Of a DNA stretch of 64,000 nt, positions 46,060-56,175 are shown piece by piece. The notes under the pieces were generated by a model. The model searched no databases, was not told where the DNA came from, and worked only from the letters and a program-made list of their open reading frames with translations. The translations under genes were made by a program, and so were the position numbers. Positions within the stretch are counted from its first letter, which is position 1, and each line of letters opens with the position of its first letter. The stretch is from a virus. Its lineage: Duplodnaviria; Caudoviricetes. Where the stretch lies: positions 32,001 to 96,000 of IMG/VR virus record IMGVR_UViG_3300014205_000003, one strand, 5' to 3'.

Positions 46060-48804
46060 ATGACACCAAGAAAAATACTGGACGTCTATTTTTCCATTAC
46101 GCAACAGAGTCTTGTCAACTCTTCCAATGTGGCTATTCCTAATACGCAGTGGCCTCAGATATTCCTTGGAGAATATCCATGCATTACGCTACATGTGGGT
46201 ACAGGAGCTGCTGGAGCAGTCTTTACCCCGTATACAGGTTGGGCCAGCGACATGACCTTTACCTGTACTGTGGATACAGACTTCGATCATGCAGATGATC
46301 CTCTAATCAAATCCTTCTGGGCTACAGACTTCAATCAAAGCGGAGATTGGGATGGAACTCCTCCTAACAATGCTTCAGTGACTGCAGGACGCCTATCCAT
46401 AAGAATTGACGCAAACACTTTGGCAATGATTGCAGCTTTGGGTACGTCAGCATCGCTGAGCGCAACATTTGAACTCAAGGGATACAAAGAACTTGTCATC
46501 GACGCTGTTCCTACAATCGTCCCTGTAGACATCATTCAGTTTCCCGTATACTGTTTAAACGTAATGGATTATAGCGGGGCGAGTGGGGCAACTGGACCAA
46601 CTCCTACAGACAACTACTACACCAAGACTGAAGAAGATGCCTTCCACACTGCTCGAATGCACTGGGCAAGTCAATGGTTGATCTCTACAGATTATGTAGC
46701 TCAGTATGTAGTGACGAATGACAACTATACATATGTCTGTAAAGCTGTTCATACGAGTGCTGCCACAGACGAACCCGGTACGGGAGTCAACTGGACAGAC
46801 TATTGGACAGCTTGGAATACTCAAGGACCTACAGGACCCCAAGGAACTACTGGAGCATCTGGTATCACTGGAGCAACAGGACCTGCAGGATTTACAGGAG
46901 CTGCGGCAACAGGTGCTACAGGTCCTCAAGGAATAACCGGACCTGCTGGTGAAACAGGCGCAGGTATCACAGGCGCTACAGGGCCTACAGGCATTACTGG
47001 AGCAACTGGACCTATTGGTGAGACAGGTGCGGGTACTACGGGAGCAACTGGTCCTACAGGTGTTGAAGGCGCTACAGGCCCTGAAGGAAACACCGGAGCA
47101 GGTTTAACAGGGGCTACAGGTCCAGAAGGATTAACAGGTACTACAGGCGCTACAGGACCTACAGGCATTACTGGAGCTACAGGGCCTAAAGGGGATACTG
47201 GAGATCCTGGGGGTGTTACCGGAGCTACAGGGCCTGCAGGAACAATAGGTATCGATGGTGAAACGGGTGCTACTGGTCCAAAGGGTGACGCAGGAGATCC
47301 TGGAGGTGCTACTGGAGCAACAGGGCCTATTGGAGCGTCTGGAGCAAATGGTACAATTGGTGTCGACGGGATTACTGGTGCAACAGGGCCTACAGGATTT
47401 ACAGGAGCATCTTTCACAGGAGCAACGGGTCCTACTGGAGTAGGTACAGCGGGTTCAACTGGCGCTACGGGACCTATTGGAGCGTCTGGAGCAGGCGCGG
47501 CTCTTACTAAAGAAGCTGTCGATGCTTTGTTGCACACGGCTACAGCACACGCATACGCTGGTTCTAGTGTAGTGGTTGGTGCCACATCTGACTACCCAAC
47601 AGATGCTAACGATATCCTCCTATACCACTTCGACGGAGACGTGACCAACGCGCTCGATAACTACGATGGCACGGCATACAACACTCCGACCTACACCGAT
47701 GTTACCGGCTGGGGGAATTCACTGACGCTGAATCCAACGGCGCTTAGTCAGTATGTGCGTATCACGACACCACCATCGCTCGGCAATGGTGATTGGGCCG
47801 TGTCGATCCGTTTTAAGGCGGTGTCTTTTGCGGGTAATCCGCAGATCCTAAATTACCGCAGTGACTTTGCCGGTATGGCACAGGTTGGTATTGACCTGTG
47901 GGAAGATGGCAATATTAACGTGTGGGGATATTTCCCAACCCATAAATATATACGACCAGGTGCAGGCACAATAACAACAGGCGTGCAGTATACACTACTC
48001 GTGCAGCGCGTCGGTAATACCATGTCTGCATATCTGAATGGATCGGAAATAGGCGCAGCAGTTACGACGATGGGAGATGCTTATGCGACCGCTGGTGATA
48101 CATGCGTAGGCTGTGGTGGGGCTGGTGGTTCTCCTAACTACTTTTTCAACGGCCAAATTGATGAGTTGAAGGTCCGCATCGGAGCTACTCAAGTCACCAC
48201 AGTCCCGACTTCACCGTATGGTGTCACAACCATTGGCGAGCATACATGGACCGCCGCAGGCCGTGCCCTTCTGGCAGCATCTACAGCCATAGAGCAACTA
48301 GCTGCTCTCAGTTTAGGCTCTGGCTTCACAGGAGCCTTCTTACAGTCTCTTGGGCCTAATTTAGGCACTCAGTGGGTAACAGGACCTACAGGTCCCCAAA
48401 GTGTTATTGCTAGTGGAACAGCCGCAGTACTGACAAACACATCAAAACTTCTTGATTTTGGAACTACTGATCCGTCTATGACTCTTACAAATACTGGAAC
48501 GTATAGACTTAGTTGTATCCTGCAAGTAGAATACAATGCTGCAACTGTTGTGGCAGAAACAGCGGCTTTTAAACTTCGAAGAACAAACAATACCGCAGCA
48601 GATTTAAGCAATACAACATGGACGATTGATCTACCTGTTGCTACAACCTTAACTAATACTTATGGTATTATTACAATCTCTCCAATTTTTTATTCAGCAA
48701 CGGCGGGCGATGTACTTGAAGTCTGGGGGGTTGTTAGTGCAACACTGGGAGCAGGTACAATTGACGTAAGTCGGTGTCAATTCTTAGCAGAACGTATGAT
48801 GTGA
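46060..48804 (+). CDS. Collagen-like tail fibre (BppU-like anchor, CBM5/12-like module, Gly-X-Thr collagen, LamG/ConA domain)
   Basis: (GAT-GPT)n run; [13 protein letters not shown]...W; LLYHFDG...[10 protein letters not shown]. Confidence 0.85.
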   Translation: MTPRKILDVYFSITQQSLVNSSNVAIPNTQWPQIFLGEYPCITLHVGTGAAGAVFTPYTGWASDMTFTCTVDTDFDHADDPLIKSFWATDFNQSGDWDGTPPNNASVTAGRLSIRIDANTLAMIAALGTSASLSATFELKGYKELVIDAVPTIVPVDIIQFPVYCLNVMDYSGASGATGPTPTDNYYTKTEEDAFHTARMHWASQWLISTDYVAQYVVTNDNYTYVCKAVHTSAATDEPGTGVNWTDYWTAWNTQGPTGPQGTTGASGITGATGPAGFTGAAATGATGPQGITGPAGETGAGITGATGPTGITGATGPIGETGAGTTGATGPTGVEGATGPEGNTGAGLTGATGPEGLTGTTGATGPTGITGATGPKGDTGDPGGVTGATGPAGTIGIDGETGATGPKGDAGDPGGATGATGPIGASGANGTIGVDGITGATGPTGFTGASFTGATGPTGVGTAGSTGATGPIGASGAGAALTKEAVDALLHTATAHAYAGSSVVVGATSDYPTDANDILLYHFDGDVTNALDNYDGTAYNTPTYTDVTGWGNSLTLNPTALSQYVRITTPPSLGNGDWAVSIRFKAVSFAGNPQILNYRSDFAGMAQVGIDLWEDGNINVWGYFPTHKYIRPGAGTITTGVQYTLLVQRVGNTMSAYLNGSEIGAAVTTMGDAYATAGDTCVGCGGAGGSPNYFFNGQIDELKVRIGATQVTTVPTSPYGVTTIGEHTWTAAGRALLAASTAIEQLAALSLGSGFTGAFLQSLGPNLGTQWVTGPTGPQSVIASGTAAVLTNTSKLLDFGTTDPSMTLTNTGTYRLSCILQVEYNAATVVAETAAFKLRRTNNTAADLSNTTWTIDLPVATTLTNTYGIITISPIFYSATAGDVLEVWGVVSATLGAGTIDVSRCQFLAERMM
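46823..47496 (+). repeat. Collagen Gly-X-Y coding repeats
   Basis: 9-nt periodicity ggN-NNN-acN. Confidence 0.9.
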
Positions 48805-48840
48805 TATCTATACCAGTACAAGACAAATTCAGATAAGCTT

Positions 48841-48871
48841 TTGCAAGTAGTCAATCACTGCTCTATATTAG
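48841..48871 (+). promoter_or_regulatory. Putative promoter of the glycosyltransferase cluster
   Basis: TTGCAA, 17 nt, TATATT(AG). Confidence 0.55.
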
Positions 48872-48906
48872 CTCTGTCCCTAAACTGAAACTCTTTGAGG
48901 TGAAAC

Positions 48907-49731
48907 ATGCCAACTGTCCCCGACGTCTCTGCAATGGTTCGTACGTACTACAACGCCCCTACCCTAGCTGCCTGCCTAGAATCTCTTACCAAACACAAAG
49001 AGATTACAGACATTGCAGTTACTACCAACGAACCTCCAGACGGTCCTGCACACTCCCTCGTCCCTGAAATGATGAAGGTCTATCCTCAGATTACCTTTCA
49101 TCACTATCCACACAACCTTACTCCCTTCGACGCCGCTAAGACTATTCCTCTGGACGATCCCACAGGCTGGTGGAACTACGCTAACTTCGCTCACCGCAAA
49201 TGCAAGAACGACCAAGTCCTCAAGGTAGATGGAGATCAAGTCTTAATCTTTGAAGGAGCACGCAAGCTATTTGAGACCTCAAGGACTCAAGAGTTCCTAG
49301 GATTGACCTGCTGGGAACTTACGTCTCCTAAAAGCAGGACTAAAGAGTTCACTGGAGAAGAACCGCGATACTGGAACAAGAACTTAGGCGTCAAGTTCTA
49401 CAGATTCCCAGGTCAAGGATTCGAGTACATCTGGAATCCTCATTGGGGAACTGATAAGTTTACAGGCTGGGGACCATGTATTCGTAGACTCGGAGCAGAC
49501 ATTCCAGTGTTCCTTCACTACGGCTGGCTGACGTCTACAGACCCTGTACGTCCTGCCAGAAACCTCGAACAGGTTCCCTACACAGGTACTCATTCAAATC
49601 TCGTTGACCTCGAAAAAGCCTTTGAAAAGTGCACACCTGTGCGCGAAGAACCCACTGTTCAAGCTCAACCAGTCACTGAAGAACGTCTTGCAGAACTTGT
49701 AAGCATCCTGAAGGAGGTGATGAAGCAGTGA
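48907..49731 (+). CDS. Glycosyltransferase family 2-like
   Basis: VSAMVRTYYNAPTLAACLESL; DxD motif in KVDGD. Confidence 0.75.
   Translation: MPTVPDVSAMVRTYYNAPTLAACLESLTKHKEITDIAVTTNEPPDGPAHSLVPEMMKVYPQITFHHYPHNLTPFDAAKTIPLDDPTGWWNYANFAHRKCKNDQVLKVDGDQVLIFEGARKLFETSRTQEFLGLTCWELTSPKSRTKEFTGEEPRYWNKNLGVKFYRFPGQGFEYIWNPHWGTDKFTGWGPCIRRLGADIPVFLHYGWLTSTDPVRPARNLEQVPYTGTHSNLVDLEKAFEKCTPVREEPTVQAQPVTEERLAELVSILKEVMKQ
49625..49644. repeat. Dispersed palindrome copy (inside CDS)
   Basis: aaaagtgcacacctgtgcgc. Confidence 0.8.
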
Positions 49732-50321
49732 AGAAACACATCATCACACCCTTCTCCAGACCTCACTTGCTTTCTCAACTCGTATCTATGTTAGATCCTC
49801 TGGATGTGCAGTGGCACCTTGTTGCACATGACTGTGCCTTCAAAGTAGAAAATAACTGGATACATGTTCTTCCTACAGACGTTCCTCCTGATGTCTTTGA
49901 CGTCTGCTACTACAAGATGAACGAAGGCTTGCAACGTGCTGATATTGCTTACGACGATTGGTTCTCCTTCATGTGTGACGACGATGCTCTTCCTCTCGAC
50001 TTCTACGACAAGCTGGATCTTGAGCATGTGCCAGATGCTATTGATGTTGTTGTGAGCTCTTCTCACTATTACTTCCACGGAAAACATATTGCTCTGATAG
50101 CAAAACCCTATAACTGTGTCACTGGCAAGATATCCATCCCTCAATTGTTCTTTCGAGGACGCTTAAAACCTTTTATCTACTACAGAGAAGATCATCATTT
50201 TGCAGACGGCTTGATGGCTGAATCTGTAGTAAAGCGATTTAACCTTGAATATCGTCCTGAAGCTTATGTTGAGTGGAACAAGTTGAATCCTAACTTTTGG
50301 AAACCTGGAGAAGTGAAATGA
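49728..50321 (+). CDS. Glycosyltransferase GT-A-like
   Basis: IITPFSRP; FMCDDD; ADG. Confidence 0.7.
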   Translation: MKKHIITPFSRPHLLSQLVSMLDPLDVQWHLVAHDCAFKVENNWIHVLPTDVPPDVFDVCYYKMNEGLQRADIAYDDWFSFMCDDDALPLDFYDKLDLEHVPDAIDVVVSSSHYYFHGKHIALIAKPYNCVTGKISIPQLFFRGRLKPFIYYREDHHFADGLMAESVVKRFNLEYRPEAYVEWNKLNPNFWKPGEVK

Positions 50322-51529
50322 AACACTATCGGTTTTTCGTTCTAGGGCTTGCTCACGTTCCTACTCACAAAGACGTGTCTGCATGTGCGTATACTCAGAA
50401 GATCGTAAAGCTCTGTACCATGCTCAAGACTTCTGGACACGAAGTCATCTTCCTCGGTACAGAAGGCTCTGATGTAGCTTGTGATGAATTCGTTCAAGTA
50501 CTCTCCAAGAACACTATGCGTATGTGCTACGGAGATCACAACGAAGACAAGACGAAGTTCTTCAAGCACGATCCCTCTGACTTGGCCTATACAACCTTTA
50601 TGAAGAATGCTATCCGAGAAATCAACACTAGAAAGAAGGATACAGACTTCTTGCTGAATCCTATGGGGAATTACTATTGGAAAGTTCAGCAAGGCGTAAA
50701 CCTCCGACGCACTGTAGAATCTGGCATTGGTTATTCTGGTGTCTGTGCCGGAACTTACAAAGTGTGGGAAAGCTATGCCTGGATGCATCACATTTGGGGA
50801 ATGATGAAAGTTGAGAATGGTCTCTTCCAAGACTGTGTCATTCCTAACTATTGGGATACGAGTGATTTTACCTTAGGTACACACGACGGAGGATATGCGC
50901 TGTATATGGGACGACTCATATATCGTAAAGGCATCAACCTCGCTGTACAGCTCACTAAGGAACTCAACATTCCTCTGCTCATTGTTGGTCAAGGCTCTTT
51001 GCAGAATCCTCAAGAGGGTTTGAACATTACAGACAGTCATGTCAAGCACTTAGGGACTGTTGGACATGTTGAGAGAAATCTGCTTATGGGTAAAGCTATG
51101 GTTACGCTTTGTCCTACTCTCTACGTTGGTCCCTTTGAAGGAGTTAACTGCGAAGCTCAATTCACAGGATGTCCTGTGGTTACTACAAACTTCGGAGCCT
51201 TTACAGAGACTGTAGAACATGGCAAGACAGGCTACAGGTGTCAGTCCTTTGAAGAGTTCTGCTGGGCAACTAAGAACGCCTCTAAGCTCGATTCTACCTA
51301 TATCAGGAACCGTGCAATCGGTATGTGGAGTCTTGATACTGTTAGACAGAAATACGATCATTTCTTCCAGCATGTCGATCAGATGTGTGGATCTGAAGGA
51401 TGGTATGCGAAGAATCCTGATCGGGTAGAGATGAATTGGCTTACACCTCCAAGTTTTTCAAGCACTGCCCCCGATAAGGATCAATATGAAGATCGTGAAC
51501 ACTTGACTACAGATTTCAAACATGTCTGA
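50318..51529 (+). CDS. Glycosyltransferase family 4
   Basis: MGRLIYRKG; GPFEGVNCEAQFTGCPVVTTNFGAFTETVEHGKTGY. Confidence 0.85.
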   Translation: MKHYRFFVLGLAHVPTHKDVSACAYTQKIVKLCTMLKTSGHEVIFLGTEGSDVACDEFVQVLSKNTMRMCYGDHNEDKTKFFKHDPSDLAYTTFMKNAIREINTRKKDTDFLLNPMGNYYWKVQQGVNLRRTVESGIGYSGVCAGTYKVWESYAWMHHIWGMMKVENGLFQDCVIPNYWDTSDFTLGTHDGGYALYMGRLIYRKGINLAVQLTKELNIPLLIVGQGSLQNPQEGLNITDSHVKHLGTVGHVERNLLMGKAMVTLCPTLYVGPFEGVNCEAQFTGCPVVTTNFGAFTETVEHGKTGYRCQSFEEFCWATKNASKLDSTYIRNRAIGMWSLDTVRQKYDHFFQHVDQMCGSEGWYAKNPDRVEMNWLTPPSFSSTAPDKDQYEDREHLTTDFKHV

Positions 51530-51555
51530 TATACGATAAGGATTACATTAGTTGT

Positions 51556-51942
51556 ATGGCAACGCCTGTTTATATCAATCTGCAGTACAAGACCTCCTTT
51601 ACAGCGGGTCTCTGGCGCTTGAAGGTCTGGGTAGCTTCTACTGAGTGGTGTCCTCAATGGATATTCCTCATGAGAGCCCTTCCAGAACTTCCAGCTACTG
51701 AACACGACGACAAAGCCTTCATACGCGTCTGTAGTTATTCAGACCTTATGAACTATCCGGCTCTCGAGACAGATGAACATCGCTGTCACTACCGAATCGC
51801 TTCTCTAGACCTCACATTCTCTTCCTTGACAGACTTGGAAGAACTCCTGACAGGCCTCGAGACAGATATCGGACATTTAGCAGATGACATCTACAACGTC
51901 TCTACTGCAACAGCTGTAAACACATCTACGGTGATCGCATGA
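51556..51942 (+). CDS. Hypothetical protein
   Basis: ORF track; coupled to next gene. Confidence 0.7.
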   Translation: MATPVYINLQYKTSFTAGLWRLKVWVASTEWCPQWIFLMRALPELPATEHDDKAFIRVCSYSDLMNYPALETDEHRCHYRIASLDLTFSSLTDLEELLTGLETDIGHLADDIYNVSTATAVNTSTVIA

Positions 51943-52349
51943 GTACGACTATTGCTCAAGCACTGAAAGATGGTGGAACAGACTTCTCCAAGATGATTAC
52001 CCTTATCATCTCGGCAAGTTCTCCTGATACAGAAACTGGATACTTCCTCCTAGGCAAAGCTTCTACAGGAGTATCCTCTTACGCAGATGTAGAACTTATC
52101 GCTATATGCTCTCCTGAAGACATCAATACTTATGGAACTACTCCAGTGCCTACAGGATACTACAGAAGTCCTAGCGGCATGTGGGTCTTTCCAGATTCGA
52201 CTAAGATGACAGAGTCTGTGAATAGTATCACTGCAGACGTTGCCGCTGCTGTTAGCGCATATAGGAAGTCTGTCAGTCCTTCTGGAGTATATACAGCAGC
52301 GACGACAGGAACATTGAGTTCAATGCCAGCTTTCTCGGATGACCTATGA
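51939..52349 (+). CDS. Hypothetical protein (possibly related to the upstream gene)
   Basis: ICSPEDINTY..YYRS versus VCSYSDLMNY..HYRI upstream. Confidence 0.65.
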   Translation: MSTTIAQALKDGGTDFSKMITLIISASSPDTETGYFLLGKASTGVSSYADVELIAICSPEDINTYGTTPVPTGYYRSPSGMWVFPDSTKMTESVNSITADVAAAVSAYRKSVSPSGVYTAATTGTLSSMPAFSDDL

Positions 52350-52510
52350 GACTACGACGATACTTAGACCGCAAGAAGATTACCAACGCTGAGGCTGCAG
52401 CTGTTCCGAGATATCTGCTGGAATGGCTTCGAGCTCACAACAGACCTCTGTATATTGAACTGAAGCAACTGGAAGATACCTCTCCAGCTACTAATGGTAA
52501 AACAGCATGA
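52346..52510 (+). CDS. Small hypothetical protein (54 aa)
   Basis: Hand translation MRLRRYLDRKK...; ATGA overlaps at both ends. Confidence 0.55.
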   Translation: MRLRRYLDRKKITNAEAAAVPRYLLEWLRAHNRPLYIELKQLEDTSPATNGKTA

Positions 52511-53223
52511 GTCTAGATCAAGCAAAGCTATATGATCAGTGGAAAGCCTCCCAAGACCCTAAAGTCCTGGCTGACTTGATGCAGACTCTCAAGCCCACTG
52601 TCGCGAATGCTGTCAAAACTTATGCCAACGGCAACGAAAGCCTGAACACCCGCGCATATATCTTGGCACGTGAAGCACTTGACTCTTACGATCCTTCGAA
52701 AAAGGCATCCCTGTCAACACACGTTTTTTCACGTCTTCAGAGGCTCTACAGGATCTCCAGTGAAAGATTCTCCGCCGTGCATGTACCCGAGAACGTTAGA
52801 ACGGACAGTCTTTCTGTGCAACGCTTCGTGAACCGCTTTAGTGATGAACACGGAATTGAACCTAGTGATTTACAGATTGCGGATGCTCTGAAGATGTCCC
52901 CCAAGCGTGTAATGAAGGCTACTACTCGCGGTCGCGAGACAATGGAGAGCAAGGCTACGTCTGATAAAGGGGACACCTTCGGGCAGAGCTCAGGCTTAAG
53001 TGAGGAAGAGGTGTGGAGGGACTACGTCTACGCTTCAGAAACGCCCGAGAATCAGAAGGTTATGGAGTATACCATGGGCTATGGTAATGCTAAAGTGATC
53101 CCCAAGGGTGTCGCCGCAGCTAAAATGGGAATCAGCGCCCCTGCCTACTCGCAACGCATAAACACTGTGACTAAGAAATTGAATAAGCTGTACGATCTCC
53201 CAACAGACGGTCCACAAATCTGA
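52507..53223 (+). CDS. Phage sigma70-family sigma factor (FliA/SigF-like)
   Basis: Region 2 ALDSYDPSKKASLSTH, region 3 EPSDLQIADALKMS, region 4 HTH AAKMGISAPAYSQR. Confidence 0.8.
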   Translation: MSLDQAKLYDQWKASQDPKVLADLMQTLKPTVANAVKTYANGNESLNTRAYILAREALDSYDPSKKASLSTHVFSRLQRLYRISSERFSAVHVPENVRTDSLSVQRFVNRFSDEHGIEPSDLQIADALKMSPKRVMKATTRGRETMESKATSDKGDTFGQSSGLSEEEVWRDYVYASETPENQKVMEYTMGYGNAKVIPKGVAAAKMGISAPAYSQRINTVTKKLNKLYDLPTDGPQI

Positions 53224-53235
53224 AAATACTAACCA

Positions 53236-53709
53236 ATGACCTTCGCAGGACTCATTAAGGGTTCGCCCCTTCAAATCGCCCATAAACAGACCTTCCCTGT
53301 CTACGACAGCAAACCTAAATCCGTTCTAGGTTGCACAGAAGACGGCGAGAATCTCTGCGAAGGCCTCTACAGCCCTGTTAGTCTCGTCTGGAGATGGGTT
53401 AAGCGCGTCTACGTCATCCATACACCCAGAGCCACTATAAAGGCCTCCCCAGGCGTTTCTCTGCGTCTAGGACCATTTGATACTCGAGTGAATACTGGCA
53501 ACTACTCTCTGGCAACTGTAGAAGAGTTTTCTGACAAGAACGTAGAGATTACAGAACTTAGAGTATTAGCGCCAATGTTCGTACTCTTGTTTGAAGAAGA
53601 AAATGTCTGGGTTACTGTAAGAGGTATTCGAGTCCTGATGCCAAGTGTTGAAAACTTCAAAAAGGAATCTGAAAATGAGCAAACTCGGAAAATTGAAGAC
53701 GCGATTTAA
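53236..53709 (+). CDS. Hypothetical protein
   Basis: ORF track. Confidence 0.6.
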   Translation: MTFAGLIKGSPLQIAHKQTFPVYDSKPKSVLGCTEDGENLCEGLYSPVSLVWRWVKRVYVIHTPRATIKASPGVSLRLGPFDTRVNTGNYSLATVEEFSDKNVEITELRVLAPMFVLLFEEENVWVTVRGIRVLMPSVENFKKESENEQTRKIEDAI

Positions 53710-54217
53710 CGTGCGTAATGTGTGTGGCTACAAGTACTCGAAAATTTCGCGTGTATATGCGAAGCTCGGTCGTGTGTGGGTAGAAGGGCATGACGGAAAA
53801 GAACGCAGTCTAGACCCGCGTGAAGCAGCTATCATCGCACTGCAGTTGAACTCTGCGCTACCAGACGAAAAATCCTCAAAAACTGTAGTGCTCAGGCTGA
53901 TAGACGATATCATCAAAGCTGCGCGAGACGCACAGGTACAGAGGGAAAGTCCTCCTGACAAAGACACAAAAATTTTGACAGACACTCTGCTTACCAACGA
54001 GATGAAGAACTCGATGGAGTTGGACCCCAAAGTTTTCGCAATGATTAAGTTCTACCAGACGCAGTTTGCTATGTTGGACTTTGCAGAAGTGAAGTCAGTT
54101 GTTTGCAATGACAAGTGGTCTGACGATCTGAAGAAGGACTTCCTGCGCCTTGCGAATAAGGATCGCTTGGACACTTTTATCAAAACGCAGGGTAGGATGC
54201 TTACAAAGCCAATTTAA
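53675..54217 (+). CDS. Hypothetical protein
   Basis: ATG at 53675 after AAGGA. Confidence 0.7.
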   Translation: MSKLGKLKTRFNVRNVCGYKYSKISRVYAKLGRVWVEGHDGKERSLDPREAAIIALQLNSALPDEKSSKTVVLRLIDDIIKAARDAQVQRESPPDKDTKILTDTLLTNEMKNSMELDPKVFAMIKFYQTQFAMLDFAEVKSVVCNDKWSDDLKKDFLRLANKDRLDTFIKTQGRMLTKPI

Positions 54218-55196
54218 GGATAGGGACTTCTACAGAGACCTCAGGCTTCCATAAGTCTGGGGTCTTTTCTTGTTTAACGAAGAAGGAGCAGAATTCTTTG
54301 AACTGTTCTGGAGTTGCATTCTTGCGCCCATACATAGAATGGAACAGTGCGTGAACGGGTGCCGCGACGGTGATTACGTTGGTAGGAACAAAACGTAAAT
54401 CTGCATGATCACACCAGGATAGTAAGTGATGCGCGTTTAAGGGGCAATAAGTCCCTTTTCTCCGTTTAACTCCTGTAACTTGACAGGTGTAAGCATCTCT
54501 AAAAAACGTAGAACGTATAAAGGGGTGCAACTCGGGATATAACATCGCTCTCTTTTTACTGCGCTGTCTCTCTTCTGTTGTAAGGTCGTGTTTGAACCAG
54601 TGATGATCTTTTCCAGAATGGTAACAAGAACAACCACAGCTTTTCTTTTCCCCTGTGGTTAGGGAGTGTCCGTTTACCTCAACAGTTTTTCCACAGTCGC
54701 ATACAGCTATCCAGCAATAACTCGGCTTAGTGGGTTTGTGTATGTGTTGCGTGATAAGAAGTTTACCAAATCTCTGTCCTAGCAGATTGTTAACTTTGTT
54801 ACAGTGTCGATTACAGCTTTTTGGTCTTTTCTTACTCCTGTTACAGAGGAGTTCATTTTGTAATTTCTGGACAGTCTTGCCACAATCGCACAGACACTCC
54901 CACAAATGTCCTTTTTCGTCGTGTGAAAGCCAGCGAAGAACCAACAACTTTCCATACTTCTTTCCAACCAAATCAGGCTTCCGTGAACAAGCCGCAGTAC
55001 AGGCTTGTTTTCTTTGTTTGGGGTTAGGGGCTATTAATGCGCGTTCTACAACCGTTGCAAACTGTCCGCAGTCACATTTACAGAGCCAGTAACGTTTTGC
55101 TGGATTACCACTCTCGTGTCCGTGGGCTTTGGCTACTACTGTTAAGTGATTAACAACATGTCCCACAAGATCAAGTCTAAGCGCTGTCATTCCCAT
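54201..55196 (-). CDS. HNH homing endonuclease with three CxCDCG modules
   Basis: DL.G.K.GKL.V...W.C.CDCG x3; RDAYTCQ..LNAHH..N...H..FH. Confidence 0.85.
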   Translation of the reverse strand: MGMTALRLDLVGHVVNHLTVVAKAHGHESGNPAKRYWLCKCDCGQFATVVERALIAPNPKQRKQACTAACSRKPDLVGKKYGKLLVLRWLSHDEKGHLWECLCDCGKTVQKLQNELLCNRSKKRPKSCNRHCNKVNNLLGQRFGKLLITQHIHKPTKPSYCWIAVCDCGKTVEVNGHSLTTGEKKSCGCSCYHSGKDHHWFKHDLTTEERQRSKKRAMLYPELHPFIRSTFFRDAYTCQVTGVKRRKGTYCPLNAHHLLSWCDHADLRFVPTNVITVAAPVHALFHSMYGRKNATPEQFKEFCSFFVKQEKTPDLWKPEVSVEVPILKLAL

Positions 55197-55201
55197 TTGA
55201 A

Positions 55202-55456
55202 TTATCCTTGTTCTGCTTTCTTATGGTAAATCAGTTGATAGCCGTCAGAGGTAAGGAATTTACCTTCTATGACTAAACGGCCTTCATGGACGTCGGAATG
55301 ACAATTACTACAGATGGCAATTTCGTTGTATCTGTGGTTAGCGTCCCATACGTCTCTACCGCGTATGTGGTGAATTTCCAGAGGCATGTAGAGGCCACAT
55401 CCGCTGCAGGGATGCAGTCCTGAACGTGCTCTAGCTTTGAGGGCTTGTTTGCTCAT
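55202..55456 (-). CDS. Small HNH endonuclease
   Basis: CSGC..LEIHH..N...CSNCHSDVH. Confidence 0.8.
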   Translation of the reverse strand: MSKQALKARARSGLHPCSGCGLYMPLEIHHIRGRDVWDANHRYNEIAICSNCHSDVHEGRLVIEGKFLTSDGYQLIYHKKAEQG

Positions 55457-55492
55457 CTACAGCGATTTACAATAAGTAGCGTAAGAGTAATG

Positions 55493-56170
55493 TCAAGTAG
55501 TTGGAGAAGATTTGAGTTGAGTGAGAACTTTATCTAGGAACGTGTTGTCGGGGTTCTTCAGTGGCAGGGACCTCAGCTCTGTGAAGAGGCTAAGCATATG
55601 TTCTTTTACAGCTCCGTTCAAATTGTCTTTGAGCGTTGCTTGATTTTGATAGTAAAATGCGTAGTCACTTTCGTTTTGACTAAGGGCCATGAAATTACTA
55701 TCCAGCAATCCTTCTTTGTATTCACAGAAACTGAGAAGATTTGGGGGGCTATAGATTCCCTCAGAGTCTAAAACCACGCCAACTGCCCTAGCGATGTCGT
55801 GCGAGAAATTTTCCTCAGAGTCATCTTTTCCAACTATGAGATTGGCCTCGGTGATCCCCCACATAATGTCATACGAATTGGGAATTGTGAGGCTACTAGC
55901 GACTGCCACTCCACGACTAAGAGTACTGCAGGTCAGGAAGAAGTGTTCTACGCTGACCTTAAACAGATTCGTAGTCAGTAGAGATATGGCGCAATTTAGA
56001 CGATCTTCATTATAGCCTGGGAGCTTGATGTCGAAATCGCGCTCAATCTCCATACGCAGAGTCACCACATCCCAATCCAAACACTCTGTACCGAAGTGAT
56101 CCAGAGTGGTTGCGAGTAGGCTCAGAGCATATGAATTTCTGCCGAGAAAAATCTGCTTAGCGTCTGCCAT
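55493..56170 (-). CDS. Hypothetical protein
   Basis: ORF track; in operon with terminase. Confidence 0.75.
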   Translation of the reverse strand: MADAKQIFLGRNSYALSLLATTLDHFGTECLDWDVVTLRMEIERDFDIKLPGYNEDRLNCAISLLTTNLFKVSVEHFFLTCSTLSRGVAVASSLTIPNSYDIMWGITEANLIVGKDDSEENFSHDIARAVGVVLDSEGIYSPPNLLSFCEYKEGLLDSNFMALSQNESDYAFYYQNQATLKDNLNGAVKEHMLSLFTELRSLPLKNPDNTFLDKVLTQLKSSPTT

Positions 56171-56175
56171 AGGAG

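Noticed and set aside
46823-47496. Tandem DNA repeats as a regulatory or CRISPR-like array; minus-strand ORF 46926..47585
   Set aside because: Explained by collagen Gly-X-Y coding with free third positions
42700-48804. Diversity-generating retroelement acting on fibre genes
   Set aside because: No reverse transcriptase seen, and the 45529/46060 duplication does not show adenine-specific mismatches
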